Positions 1 through 9,326 of a stretch of 64,000 bases of DNA are shown piece by piece. The DNA comes from a virus. The stretch lies in the IMG/VR virus record IMGVR_UViG_3300025098_000014; one strand, 5' to 3'. Position 1 is the first letter of the stretch. Every line of letters starts with the position of its first letter. The notes beneath the pieces were generated by a model that was given only the letters and a program-made list of their open reading frames with translations, had not been told where the DNA came from and searched no databases. The translations under genes and the position numbers were made by a program.

Positions 1-1
1 T

Positions 2-445
2 AGTACTATAATGTTCATTTGATCCATCAAAAAGAACAACTCTATTTTCCACACTCTCCACTTTACTATCACGAAATCCAGTATATCCATCGCAGGTATT
101 AAAATATAAAACAGCTGTTTTATGTGGGTATTTAAAATCCTGATGATAGTCATGTTCTAATAGTTTACCAGTATTAGGATACAAATTAATCCTTGCACGG
201 ATAAGAGACTTAACTTCTAAATCATGAACGATAAGATGGTCAAGTTCTTTCATGAATGAACTCAATGGTTCAAATCTATCAAATAATCTGTGAGTAAAAA
301 AGAAATGCTCATCGTTCATTTCTCCCAAGTTAGCCACCTCTTGACAAAAAACCCAGGGAAATTGAGTACTGAACACACATTTTTTTAGATGATCAAAGTA
401 ATCTTGATCTAAAAAGTTATCAATAATTGTCGGCGTAGTATTCAT
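2..445 (-). CDS. 2OG-Fe(II) oxygenase-like protein (3' end beyond window)
   Basis: Manual translation from ATG at 445: MNTTPTIIDNFLD...FPWVF...RARINLYP...EHDYHQDFKYPHKTAVLYFNTCDGYT...VENRVVLFDGSNEHYST; HxD...H facial-triad pattern. Confidence 0.75.
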   Translation of the reverse strand, partial: MNTTPTIIDNFLDQDYFDHLKKCVFSTQFPWVFCQEVANLGEMNDEHFFFTHRLFDRFEPLSSFMKELDHLIVHDLEVKSLIRARINLYPNTGKLLEHDYHQDFKYPHKTAVLYFNTCDGYTGFRDSKVESVENRVVLFDGSNEHYST

Positions 446-1025
446 AGAGATTGAATGCAATAGATATACGAGTTTCTTTTGTATAATTTGGTGCTACATT
501 GTGGGATAATGATGCAGGAAATAATATCATTAGTCCGTCATGGGGATCAATACTAAAAGTAGTATCCTGGGTTAAAGATAAGTTATGGTCATCTAGATGA
601 TGAAAAGTAAGGTCGCCAGAATCATCTGGAACATCAACATAAAGAACTCCTGCTATAGATGAACCGGGGTGAGTATGTCTAACATTATATGACCCAATAC
701 AATTTATATTAAACCACATGTTTGAGAGACGAGGATCAAATTTAATATCAACATTCTCGTGCTGCTTATATACTGCAATTAACTTTATAATCCTCTCGCT
801 CATGTAATTTAAAAAAGGAGTAAAAGATTTATCCAGATAAAAATCATCTGGACTTTGATACCCATTTACATTACTCCTCCAGTTTGGTTGGTATACTTTA
901 GAATAATTTTCTATCCAATCTACAAAGTCATCTTGAATATCATCAAAATTATTATCTTCAGATTTAGCCAAAACATATGGCAAGATAGAATAAGCTTCTT
1001 CAGTCAATGTAGTTATTCCTCTCAA
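420..1025 (-). CDS. putative 2OG-Fe(II) oxygenase (TIGR02466-like)
   Basis: MWFNIN...HTHPGS.IAGVLYV...G.MILFPASLSHNV.PN...RISIAFN. Confidence 0.8.
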   Translation of the reverse strand: MRGITTLTEEAYSILPYVLAKSEDNNFDDIQDDFVDWIENYSKVYQPNWRSNVNGYQSPDDFYLDKSFTPFLNYMSERIIKLIAVYKQHENVDIKFDPRLSNMWFNINCIGSYNVRHTHPGSSIAGVLYVDVPDDSGDLTFHHLDDHNLSLTQDTTFSIDPHDGLMILFPASLSHNVAPNYTKETRISIAFNLYEYYADNY

Positions 1026-1674
1026 GCCATTCTCTTGTCATGGGAGTTGGTTCATATACTTCCCACATATTACCACCAGCACATGCTGCAAGAGCATTCA
1101 TAGTCATATTTTCAGTCTTGCCTGCCCACATTGCTTCTTTCTCCCACGGAATTGCAGATGGTTGCAGCGCATATGTCCGCTTGACCATCTCTTGCCACAA
1201 CATTGGCACATCATCTTCAGGCATAATAATAGCAATCATACTATTATCAATCGTGCCTGCCATACAATCTTGTGCAGCATGCCACCCTTCATGACGCATG
1301 ACACTCATCAATACACCAGGGCGTGACATAAATGCTTTGTTCAAAAAGAAGTTATTACTTACAGTATGATAGACGCCACGATGTCCTACTGGGAAATACT
1401 TCTCGTCAGCAAGATATACATTCACACCAATCTGATTCAATGAGTGAATCATATTATTGAACTCACCTGTCACTCCAGTAAACCTTTCTGGGTTGGGATA
1501 TTCAGATGAAACATCTAACAAGGAGGTAATTTTCGCCACACCTTCGGTACATTCACCGAGTAGCATACACCCCATAGAATGCATAGAGTAATACTCATCA
1601 TCTTTTAGAGGTTCTGCAATTGCAGCAGGGATAGTCAGACATGCTGCCATCAAGGCCATGATAATTTTTTTCAT
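1000..1674 (-). CDS. exported zincin-type metallopeptidase-like protein
   Basis: N-terminal signal peptide MKKIIMALMAACLTIPAAIA; HEGWH (HExxH) motif with downstream E (WEKEA). Confidence 0.6.
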   Translation of the reverse strand: MKKIIMALMAACLTIPAAIAEPLKDDEYYSMHSMGCMLLGECTEGVAKITSLLDVSSEYPNPERFTGVTGEFNNMIHSLNQIGVNVYLADEKYFPVGHRGVYHTVSNNFFLNKAFMSRPGVLMSVMRHEGWHAAQDCMAGTIDNSMIAIIMPEDDVPMLWQEMVKRTYALQPSAIPWEKEAMWAGKTENMTMNALAACAGGNMWEVYEPTPMTREWLERNNYID

Positions 1675-1676
1675 AA

Positions 1677-1985
1677 TTAAACTCTAAAGTGAATTGGTTG
1701 ATGATCTGATTGAGGTAAAGACTGTTGAGTTTCAAGTTCTTGACCCTTGACTACAATCTTTGCGGGAGGAAGTCCCTGTTGTCCAGGTAACTCTTTGTCT
1801 GTAGTAGCCGTGATATCAATAACTTGATCAGTAATAAATTTATTTTTTCTATATGTTCTACCAGGGACCATGGAGCATAAGTTTATTGCATCGCTTTCCC
1901 GTCCACAGTCAGCATACTTCTGACCAAGAGGGGTATATACTGAGTAGTATTCATTTCCCATAAGAGAATGTTTGATTATTCCCAA
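1677..1985 (-). CDS. hypothetical protein (ATG start possibly at 1961)
   Basis: ORF fills the gap; extended -10 TGCTATAAT just upstream. Confidence 0.6.
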   Translation of the reverse strand: MGIIKHSLMGNEYYSVYTPLGQKYADCGRESDAINLCSMVPGRTYRKNKFITDQVIDITATTDKELPGQQGLPPAKIVVKGQELETQQSLPQSDHQPIHFRV

Positions 1986-2000
1986 CTAATTATAGCATAT

Positions 2001-2930
2001 TTATTTCACTTGTCCAATGACCCACGATTTCATACCAAACGGTGTATCAGCAATGAGAGTTTGTGTCATCTCTACTGCGTCTGGTGGCACAACTAAACAG
2101 AATCCAATACCTAGATTGAATACATTACGCATCTCTTCCTCGGCAATGTCTCCTGCTTCCTGGATCTTGTTAAACAATTCAGGTCTCTCCCAAGCGTCAT
2201 AGTCAACATCAACAGTCATACCCTTTGGAAGACACCTAGGAAGGTTCTCGGGGATACCACCACCTGTGATGTGTGCCATGCCTAGGATAGGAACTTCATC
2301 TAACAAGTGCTGAATGAGACGGGCATAGATGGTGGTAGGTCTAAGCAACTCAGGCATCTCTTTATAGAAGATGTAATTTCTCCACAACATATCATTGACA
2401 AGAGTGTATCCATTACTATGAAGACCACTACTCTCAATACCAATGACTACATCACCAGGAAACATGGTGCTGCCATCAACAATCTGATTCTTCTCTACAA
2501 CACCAGTACAGAAACCAGCAAGGTCATAATCAGTTGCTCTAAAATGCTCTGCAGTTTCTCCACCCAGGAGTTCCATGCCAGCCATGGTGCATCCAACATT
2601 GATACCATACACAATGTCACTGACATTAGCATCAAGTGATTTGGTGGAGATATAATCTAGAAAATATAATGGTTTAGCGCCAGAACATATAATGTCATTA
2701 ACGCACATAGCAACAAGGTCCTGGCCAATAGTAGTGTAATCATTAGCAATTCTACAGATGTTAATTTTAGTTCCTACACCATCGGCACCAGATACCAAGA
2801 CGGGTTTCTCATATCCTGATGGGATCTCCATCATTCCACTGAAACCACCAATGTTAGGTGCCAATGCTTTGATATATTCTACAAAGGAACGACCCTTAAT
2901 GATGTCAACACCAGAAGTCTTATAGTCCAT
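2001..2930 (-). CDS. purM: phosphoribosylformylglycinamidine cyclo-ligase (AIR synthetase)
   Basis: MDYKTSGVDI, DGVGTK, GQDLVAMCVND, GGETAE, SSGLHSNG, HITGGG, FNLGIG. Confidence 0.97.
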   Translation of the reverse strand: MDYKTSGVDIIKGRSFVEYIKALAPNIGGFSGMMEIPSGYEKPVLVSGADGVGTKINICRIANDYTTIGQDLVAMCVNDIICSGAKPLYFLDYISTKSLDANVSDIVYGINVGCTMAGMELLGGETAEHFRATDYDLAGFCTGVVEKNQIVDGSTMFPGDVVIGIESSGLHSNGYTLVNDMLWRNYIFYKEMPELLRPTTIYARLIQHLLDEVPILGMAHITGGGIPENLPRCLPKGMTVDVDYDAWERPELFNKIQEAGDIAEEEMRNVFNLGIGFCLVVPPDAVEMTQTLIADTPFGMKSWVIGQVK

Positions 2931-3199
2931 TAGTAAATTTCTCCATTGATAATACCTTCACGGTTCTTTAGTTTCCATACAATGTAGTCCATGGTAGGGA
3001 CACATATAGGGTTCCAACCTACGAACCCATGTGTCTCACCAGAATTCATAACCCAACAGGGAGCATCATCATTCTCAAGGTCTAGTGACTCGCGGTATGC
3101 TTCATCACCTAACATAACTACTGCTCTCTCTGCCTGATTCAAACTAGTGAAGCAGGTGAAGGCATTCTTTCTAATCTCATCAGGGATTTCGTGTTTCAT
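2930..3199 (-). CDS. hypothetical protein
   Basis: Translationally coupled ORF in operon. Confidence 0.65.
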   Translation of the reverse strand: MKHEIPDEIRKNAFTCFTSLNQAERAVVMLGDEAYRESLDLENDDAPCWVMNSGETHGFVGWNPICVPTMDYIVWKLKNREGIINGEIY

Positions 3200-3378
3200 G
3201 ATTTAAATAATAAACTACAAACTAGATACAATCCCATTGCAGACCAGTATCCCAAAGTTGGTAATCCAAAAATACCTGGTATGGCAGCATTCCATATCAA
3301 CATAAGTATCAAAGGTGATACCAGGAGAATTATACCTGCGACTATAATATTTTGATCAAGGAGTGATGATTTTTTCAT
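3196..3378 (-). CDS. small membrane protein
   Basis: Two hydrophobic segments, LIWNAAIPGIFGLPTLGYW; ATGA overlaps. Confidence 0.65.
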   Translation of the reverse strand: MKKSSLLDQNIIVAGIILLVSPLILMLIWNAAIPGIFGLPTLGYWSAMGLYLVCSLLFKS

Positions 3379-3617
3379 TCTAATACAATTTCAACTTCTT
3401 CATCAAGTTCCCAAGAATCTTCACCCTCAAGATAATTCTCCAACTTACCAACTAATTCTGGTGGAAACTCATCAACAAACATTCCCCATGTTCCTGTTTC
3501 CACAGGATCAGGATCCCAAGTACATACTTTCACATCATCATATTGAGAGAAAATAAAATCAACAATATTTGTTTGGTCGTCTTCAGTTTGACAGTAAATT
3601 TTAAGTTGGTGTTTCAT
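3375..3617 (-). CDS. hypothetical acidic protein
   Basis: ATGA-coupled ORF. Confidence 0.65.
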   Translation of the reverse strand: MKHQLKIYCQTEDDQTNIVDFIFSQYDDVKVCTWDPDPVETGTWGMFVDEFPPELVGKLENYLEGEDSWELDEEVEIVLE

Positions 3618-3907
3618 AATGTTCTCTCAAGTCTTTCAGTTGCTTGGTCAGGGAAGTCTCTAGGGCGACTATCAAGTGCATTGTCAGTTCTAGGCGAACC
3701 CTCATTCGCCCTCATAGTATGTTGGAAGTTAATCCTCTTATATCTAATACAAAATGGATCTGGCATCCAGTATGTTACCTGCCAATCAATCAAAGGATTT
3801 AACTCTAGATGCTTCTCTAGAGAATGATTGAAGATACCGATCTGAATATATCCATCATGGGTAACACATGAGTTGTCACCAACAGATACTACAAACAGTT
3901 GCTTCAT
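3614..3907 (-). CDS. hypothetical protein
   Basis: Coupled ORF directly downstream of purC. Confidence 0.65.
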   Translation of the reverse strand: MKQLFVVSVGDNSCVTHDGYIQIGIFNHSLEKHLELNPLIDWQVTYWMPDPFCIRYKRINFQHTMRANEGSPRTDNALDSRPRDFPDQATERLERTL

Positions 3908-4609
3908 TTACTGGATTGCCAGGGGTTGCAGTCTATCTAGAATCTCACGATAGGCAGGAACAATATCACCTTCATCCTTCCTGAATAAATCCTTATCAAA
4001 TCTCTCATCACTACCAATCTTCCACAGTCTCATGCTATCAGGACTGATCTCATCAGCAAGTAGTAACTCACCATGTGCAGTGTAGCCAAACTCGATCTTA
4101 AAATCCACAAGATCAATACCTAGGATGTAAAACATCTGACGGAGATAATCATTGATGCGTAGAGTCATCTCCTCAAATGGTTCTGGATTGTAACCCATCA
4201 GACGCACACGATCTCTTGTCAACAGCGGATCATGCTTGTTATCATCCTTCAAGAAGAACTCAACAATAGGATGTGGCAGTGAGTAACCTTCTTTAAGAGT
4301 TGTCTCACGAACAATAGATCCAGCAGCACGATTCCTGCAGATAACTTCTAAAGGAACGATATCTACCTTCTTACAGATCATCTTGTTAGCACCAACCATA
4401 TTAATATAATGTGTTGGAATATTTTCTTTGGAAAGTTTCTCAAAGATTAGAGATGAAATACTACAGCAGAGGGATCCTTTACCCAGTGGATGATCAACCA
4501 TCTCACCGTTACCAGCAGTCACCTTATCATGGTACTCAATGATGACACGATCAGCATCATCACCAGCATACACAGTTTTGACCTTGCCTTCTAGAATTAC
4601 TTTCATCAA
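3908..4609 (-). CDS. purC: SAICAR synthase
   Basis: EGKVKTVY, PLEVICRNRAAGS, DLVDFKIEFG, LADEISPDSMRLW, FDKDLFR. Confidence 0.97.
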   Translation of the reverse strand: MMKVILEGKVKTVYAGDDADRVIIEYHDKVTAGNGEMVDHPLGKGSLCCSISSLIFEKLSKENIPTHYINMVGANKMICKKVDIVPLEVICRNRAAGSIVRETTLKEGYSLPHPIVEFFLKDDNKHDPLLTRDRVRLMGYNPEPFEEMTLRINDYLRQMFYILGIDLVDFKIEFGYTAHGELLLADEISPDSMRLWKIGSDERFDKDLFRKDEGDIVPAYREILDRLQPLAIQ

Positions 4610-4800
4610 TCCTCCTGTTTGTATGTAATAGTTATTTGATTGAATACTTCGTCTCTATTGTCGCTTTTGTATACACGACAGCGTTTTACATCAGCATTCA
4701 ATAATTTCTCAATATTATTAAGTTGCCATTCAGCAGCATACTTTTTAAACCCATCGTCCATCCAAGATTTATTAGATCCTGGTGTGTTAAAATTATCCAT
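4606..4800 (-). CDS. hypothetical protein
   Basis: Coupled ORF between purS and purC. Confidence 0.6.
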   Translation of the reverse strand: MDNFNTPGSNKSWMDDGFKKYAAEWQLNNIEKLLNADVKRCRVYKSDNRDEVFNQITITYKQED

Positions 4801-5075
4801 TATTCAATACCTGGTGGGAAAGTGTCAATCTCAGTCAATTCATAGTCCCAGTCTTCCATGACTGTGTTAGCAAGGAATCTATCAGATAGCATTTCAAGTT
4901 CCTTCTCAGCATACTCTCTGCTCTCTGCTTCCAACCAAACATCAACTACCTTACCAAGTCTAAGTTTCTTGATGTCTAAGTCAGACAATCTCTTACAGGC
5001 ATCTCTAACGGCGTTACCTGGTGAGTCATCAACCTGTGATCTCAGACGGATGAATACTAATGCTTTAAACTTCAT
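4800..5075 (-). CDS. purS: FGAM synthase subunit PurS
   Basis: FKALVFIRLRSQVDDSPGNAV...RLGK...LAN.VMEDW matches PurS; purM/purC context. Confidence 0.9.
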   Translation of the reverse strand: MKFKALVFIRLRSQVDDSPGNAVRDACKRLSDLDIKKLRLGKVVDVWLEAESREYAEKELEMLSDRFLANTVMEDWDYELTEIDTFPPGIE

Positions 5076-5098
5076 CTAGGTTTGTTTGTCATGCAGTC

Positions 5099-5127
5099 AT
5101 TATACAATAAAAAACCACCCCGGTCAA
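5099..5127 (-). promoter_or_regulatory. sigma70-like promoter for the purS-purC-purM operon
   Basis: TTGACC-N17-TATAAT on the minus strand, overlapping the upstream terminator. Confidence 0.75.
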
Positions 5128-5137
5128 GGAGTGGTGG
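5109..5137 (-). terminator. Rho-independent terminator
   Basis: ACCACTCC-TTGACC-GGGGTGGT followed by a T tract. Confidence 0.75.
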
Positions 5138-5201
5138 TCGATTTAGGAGGTGGTCTGAATGGGCAGTCGCGACACCCAGCACCACAGCATCCTCTACTCA
5201 T
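5124..5201 (-). CDS. 25-aa Cys-rich micro-protein (CCGxGCxxCP)
   Basis: Manual translation MSRGCCGAGCRDCPFRPPPKSTTTP*; start overlaps the end of the upstream gene. Confidence 0.5.
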   Translation of the reverse strand: MSRGCCGAGCRDCPFRPPPKSTTTP

Positions 5202-5415
5202 GATCACTAAAATGATTATTAATAACTTCAATACGCTCATCTTCATGAGCAATGATATCTAGTTGTTCCTGAATAGCAGCAAGCACATCAGGGTGCTCAC
5301 CAATACCTACAGGATTGTGTAGGTATACTTCTATATTTGCTTTTGCTTTGGCAATATTACCTATAGCATCAGCAACTAAAGCATCCAACATTTTTTGGCG
5401 AAGATTGCAAGACAT
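5194..5415 (-). CDS. conserved phage hypothetical protein
   Basis: ANIEVYLHNPVGIGEHPD motif familiar from T4-like marine phages. Confidence 0.75.
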   Translation of the reverse strand: MSCNLRQKMLDALVADAIGNIAKAKANIEVYLHNPVGIGEHPDVLAAIQEQLDIIAHEDERIEVINNHFSDHE

Positions 5416-5421
5416 AATAAT

Positions 5422-5670
5422 TTAAGAGTTAGTTTGTAATGACATCATTGTATCATGAAGTTCTCCAATATCAAGGAGACCTTCAGCACTGAACCAGGGA
5501 GCATTCGCCCAACTGAAGCCTTCACCCATGGTGCTATCGGGTGCTGTGATGTACCAATGACATGCTGTGTCTGGTACATCTACTGCACACTTAGACCAAT
5601 CGTCACTCCACTGTGGGACTTGAACCCACATTAGAGCAGCAAACATAATACTGAAGAGTGATTTGATCAT
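5422..5670 (-). CDS. hypothetical exported cyanophage protein
   Basis: Signal-like N-terminus, WVQVPQWSDDWSKC motif. Confidence 0.7.
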   Translation of the reverse strand: MIKSLFSIMFAALMWVQVPQWSDDWSKCAVDVPDTACHWYITAPDSTMGEGFSWANAPWFSAEGLLDIGELHDTMMSLQTNS

Positions 5671-5717
5671 GTCTTATTAAAGATTATGGGTCTAAGTTTT
5701 AATAACAAGAGTTCTTA

Positions 5718-6773
5718 TTAAAGAGCGTTGCCTCTAGGTAGAACTTCCTCAGGGAAGATAAAGTTCTCATGTGGTTGATCAGCAGGTGCCAACCATGCAC
5801 GGAGTCCTTCGTTAAGAAGGATGTTCTTGGTGTAGAAGGTCTCAAACTCAGGATCTTCTGCTGCTCTGATCTCCTGACTCACGAAATCGTAAGCACGAAG
5901 ATTAAGAGCAAGCCCAATAATGCCAATAGAGGAGACCCAAAGACCCATAACAGGCACAAACAGCATAAAGAAATGCAGCCACCGCTTGTTAGAAAACGCA
6001 ATACCGAAGATCTGCGACCAGAAGCGGTTTGCAGTGACCATAGAGTAAGTCTCCTCCTCTTGAGTTGAATCAAACGCCTTAAAGGTATTTGCTTGTTCTC
6101 CGTCTTCATACAGTGTGTTCTCCACAGTTACGCCATGGATTGCTGATAGCAATGCTCCACCTAGTATACCAGCCACTCCCATCATATGGAAGGGGTTGAG
6201 TGTCCAGTTGTGGAATCCTTGTAGGAACAACAGGAATCTGAAGATCGCCGCGACACCAAAGGACGGCGCGAAAAACCAAGAGGACTGTCCCAGAGGATAG
6301 ATGAGGAAAACACTGACAAATACAGCAATAGGGCCAGAAAAAGCAATCGCATTATAAGGTCTAATTCCAATTAAGCGAGAAAGTTCAAACTGCCTAAGCA
6401 TGAAACCAATGAGAGCAAAGGCTCCGTGGAGTGCCACAAAATTCCAGAGTCCCCCAAGTTGGCACCACCGCTGGAAATTCCCCTGAGACTCAGGACCCCA
6501 AAGTAGAAGAAGAGAATGACCCATAGCATCAGCAGGCGTTGAGACAGCTGCCGTGAGAAAATTAGCACCTTCAAGGTAGGAACCAGCAAGACCGTGGGTG
6601 TACCAACTCGTGACAAAAGTTGTGCCAGTAAGCCAGCCGCCAATGGCCAGATAAGCAGTGGGAAGAAGAAGGAGTCCAGACCAACCCACAAAGACAAAGC
6701 GATCCCGTTTAACCCAGTCGTCCAGGACATCAAACCACCCCCTCGTTGGTGTTGTTAGTGTTGTTGTCGTCAT
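5718..6773 (-). CDS. psbD: photosystem II D2 protein
   Basis: [22 protein letters not shown]...[13 protein letters not shown]...[10 protein letters not shown]. Confidence 0.99.
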   Translation of the reverse strand: MTTTTLTTPTRGWFDVLDDWVKRDRFVFVGWSGLLLLPTAYLAIGGWLTGTTFVTSWYTHGLAGSYLEGANFLTAAVSTPADAMGHSLLLLWGPESQGNFQRWCQLGGLWNFVALHGAFALIGFMLRQFELSRLIGIRPYNAIAFSGPIAVFVSVFLIYPLGQSSWFFAPSFGVAAIFRFLLFLQGFHNWTLNPFHMMGVAGILGGALLSAIHGVTVENTLYEDGEQANTFKAFDSTQEEETYSMVTANRFWSQIFGIAFSNKRWLHFFMLFVPVMGLWVSSIGIIGLALNLRAYDFVSQEIRAAEDPEFETFYTKNILLNEGLRAWLAPADQPHENFIFPEEVLPRGNAL

Positions 6774-6870
6774 TTTTGTTTACCGTTTTAAAATCCTTTA
6801 ACCAGTATTGTTGTGGCCAAGTATCTCTAAGGATCTCGGCAAGTTTGATAGGAGTATCAGAACTAATCAT
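6730..6870 (-). CDS. small hypothetical protein between psbA and psbD
   Basis: Manual translation [28 protein letters not shown]... (46 aa), overlapping the psbD start. Confidence 0.45.
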   Translation of the reverse strand: MISSDTPIKLAEILRDTWPQQYWLKDFKTVNKNDDNNTNNTNEGVV

Positions 6871-6917
6871 AATAGTAACACACAAAGTATAGGAACTACC
6901 AGAGTAAGAATACCTAT

Positions 6918-6946
6918 AAAAAACCCCCCCACATATGTGAGAGGGT
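6918..6946 (-). terminator. Rho-independent terminator after psbA
   Basis: ACCCTCTCAC-ATAT-GTGGGGGGGT followed by a T tract. Confidence 0.8.
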
Positions 6947-6966
6947 GAAGACTACCATCAGGCATA

Positions 6967-8043
6967 TTAGCCTACGGTAGGTGCGGTAAGTGCAACAGGA
7001 GTTGACTCAGCAGCAGCCAGATCCAGTGGGAAGTTGTGAGCGTTGCGCTCATGCATCACTTCCATACCAAGACCTGCACGGTTCAGTACATCTGCCCAGG
7101 TGTTCAGTACACGACCTTGACCATCGAGAATGGACTGGTTGAAGTTGAAACCGTTGAGGTTGAATGCCATGGTGCTTACGCCCAGTGCAGTGAACCAGAT
7201 TCCAACGACAGGCCATGCTGCCAGGAAGAAGTGAAGTGAACGGGAGTTGTTGAACGATGCGTATTGGAAGATCAAACGACCGAAGTAGCCATGTGCTGCG
7301 ACGATGTTGTATGTCTCTTCTTCTTGACCGAACTTATAACCGTAGTTCTGTGACTCTGTTTCAGTTGTTTCACGAACAAGTGAGGAAGTAACGAGACTTC
7401 CGTGCATAGCAGAGAAAAGAGATCCACCGAATACCCCAGCAACACCGAGCATGTGGAACGGGTGCATAAGGATATTGTGTTCTGCTTGGAATACAAGCAT
7501 GTAGTTAAAAGTACCAGAGATACCAAGAGGCATAGCATCGGAGAAAGAACCTTGACCGAAAGGATAGACTAGGAATACTGCACTTGCTGCAGCGACTGGA
7601 GCAGAATATGCTACACAGATCCAGGGGCGCATACCAAGGCGGTATGAGAGTTCCCATTCACGGCCCATATAGGCATAAATGCCGATAAGGAAGTGAAAGA
7701 CTACCAGTTGAAAAGGACCGCCGTTATACAACCACTCATCGAGTGATGCGGCTTCCCAGATGGGGTAGAAGTGAAGACCAATTGCGTTGGAGGATGGGAC
7801 AACTGCACCAGAGATGATGTTGTTTCCATACATGAGTGAACCAGCTACGGGTTCACGGATGCCGTCGATATCGACGGGGGGTGCTGCTACGAAAGCAACG
7901 ATGAAGCAGATGGTTGCCGCCAACAGAGTTGGGATCATCAGTACACCGAACCAACCGACATACAGACGGTTGTTGGTGGAGGTTACCCACTCGCAGAAAT
8001 CATTCCACGGGGATGTTTGTTGTCTTGTTAAAGTTGTAGCCAT
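6967..8043 (-). CDS. psbA: photosystem II D1 protein (Glu130, D1:2-like form), no intron
   Basis: [34 protein letters not shown]; continuous 358-aa ORF. Confidence 0.99.
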   Translation of the reverse strand: MATTLTRQQTSPWNDFCEWVTSTNNRLYVGWFGVLMIPTLLAATICFIVAFVAAPPVDIDGIREPVAGSLMYGNNIISGAVVPSSNAIGLHFYPIWEAASLDEWLYNGGPFQLVVFHFLIGIYAYMGREWELSYRLGMRPWICVAYSAPVAAASAVFLVYPFGQGSFSDAMPLGISGTFNYMLVFQAEHNILMHPFHMLGVAGVFGGSLFSAMHGSLVTSSLVRETTETESQNYGYKFGQEEETYNIVAAHGYFGRLIFQYASFNNSRSLHFFLAAWPVVGIWFTALGVSTMAFNLNGFNFNQSILDGQGRVLNTWADVLNRAGLGMEVMHERNAHNFPLDLAAAESTPVALTAPTVG

Positions 8044-8056
8044 TGTACTTGAAAGA

Positions 8057-8125
8057 AAGTAAGATCATCAGGGAAATGATGGTTTTACTATTCCTATCTC
8101 ACCCTCAGAGATAGGTATTAAAGAC
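8057..8125 (-). ncRNA. PhotoRC-II-like structured psbA leader
   Basis: Two hairpins ATACCTATCTC-TGAGGGT-GAGATAGGAAT and CATCA-TTTCCC-TGATG with complementary loops (AGGG/CCCT), ending CTTAC before the psbA start. Confidence 0.75.
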
Positions 8126-8194
8126 GCTTTTATACACCCTAGAGGTCTTGGTTTACGGGGTGTTCTTGACTGTTACATTTCGTAACTGTGTCTC

Positions 8195-8228
8195 TATTTA
8201 TATTAGCACATCCTCACATATCTGTCAA
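8195..8228 (-). promoter_or_regulatory. psbA composite promoter: sigma70-like plus T4 late element
   Basis: TTGACA-N17-TAATAT overlapping TATAAATA (8195-8202). Confidence 0.7.
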
Positions 8229-9326
8229 GAGGTGCGTATTGTCAATCCAGTTCTTAAAGCTGGTTCCATACCAATGCCCGTAGGAATTTTCATGGTTATA
8301 GACAAGTTCATGTCTACTGTTGGATTTAGCAGAACGAATAGTATCAAAGAAAGATTCATCATAAGAATGATTCCTTGCCATCGTCTCCGCTTCTGACCAG
8401 AACATTGTAGCATACTTTGACCCATTTGCGTAGTGCCAAAGGATAAAGTTCTGTACCTCTTCCACATCTGTCACAAGCTCTTGTAGAACTGACCTCTTAG
8501 ACCTCCCATCAAAAATCCATTCACAAACTAAAGAGGTCCAACGAAAATATGTCTCGACCGAACTTGCTTCCAACGGTTCAATAAACATTAATCTATTGCC
8601 ATTCAAGATAACTTTATCATTTTGAATGGGTCTTCTAGCAAGATAGTTCTTAAATTGAATATGTTCCGTACCTTGAATATCGTAGAGATCTGCTAGATTT
8701 TCTTCTGCGTCAGTCTTTGATGTGCAATTGTCATTATACAGGTAACCATAATTAGTATTTGTTTTTCCAGGTATAGAGAACATCCAACCATCTGGTGTAG
8801 CAATACACCTCGTCCAATGCTGATGAGTATCCACATCATCACTCTTTCCAAGAAGAACACTGTTCAGTGGATTCTTTAGCATGTTGTAGTAGGAAAAATC
8901 TTTTGGAGTTCCTCTACAGTCAAAGACATAATCACAATCAAGTTCATTGCAATCAGATACATTCTGTTCAATAAACTTACATATATTATTTTCTATCATA
9001 TACTCTCTCAATTTATTGGGAGAATAATGAATAGCCGTATAGTTCATGGGAAAGGGATGGAAGAATTTATCATTCTTCTTTCCCCAGTCTTCATATAGAA
9101 TTCCAGTTTTAAATGTTGCATCAATCGGATTGGAATACCAATCCATGCCAAGGACATCAGAAAGAATCCCAACAAAATTTACTAGTGATCCTTGCCCTAC
9201 TTTTTCAATAGGGATATTAGGATCATAGTAGATTTCAATCTCCACATCATCGCCATAAGTCTGATCCAATAAAGTTAAGGCAACAGTGAGTCCACCATTG
9301 CCACCACCAACTATACCAATTTTCAT
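8214..9326 (-). CDS. flavin-dependent (tryptophan) halogenase family protein
   Basis: GGGNGG FAD motif, ATFKTGI (catalytic Lys region), DCRG, GWMFSIP (WxWxIP variant), FIEPLEAS. Confidence 0.85.
   Translation of the reverse strand: MKIGIVGGGNGGLTVALTLLDQTYGDDVEIEIYYDPNIPIEKVGQGSLVNFVGILSDVLGMDWYSNPIDATFKTGILYEDWGKKNDKFFHPFPMNYTAIHYSPNKLREYMIENNICKFIEQNVSDCNELDCDYVFDCRGTPKDFSYYNMLKNPLNSVLLGKSDDVDTHQHWTRCIATPDGWMFSIPGKTNTNYGYLYNDNCTSKTDAEENLADLYDIQGTEHIQFKNYLARRPIQNDKVILNGNRLMFIEPLEASSVETYFRWTSLVCEWIFDGRSKRSVLQELVTDVEEVQNFILWHYANGSKYATMFWSEAETMARNHSYDESFFDTIRSAKSNSRHELVYNHENSYGHWYGTSFKNWIDNTHLLTDM

Noticed and set aside
5120-5195. ZMP/ZTP riboswitch upstream of the purine genes (GUCGCGACUG resembles its 5' motif)
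   Set aside because: The downstream GCCG...CGyCUGGGC pseudoknot hairpin is missing, and the segment is better explained as a micro-ORF plus terminator/promoter
5672-5712. AT-rich inverted repeat after psbD
   Set aside because: Weak, mismatched and AT-only pairing, so indistinguishable from background
6867-6958. Hydrophobic micro-ORF after psbA
   Set aside because: The frame from the ATG stops within the terminator T tract
6967-8043. Group I intron or homing endonuclease at psbA
   Set aside because: The ORF is continuous and of normal length, and no endonuclease gene lies between psbA and psbD
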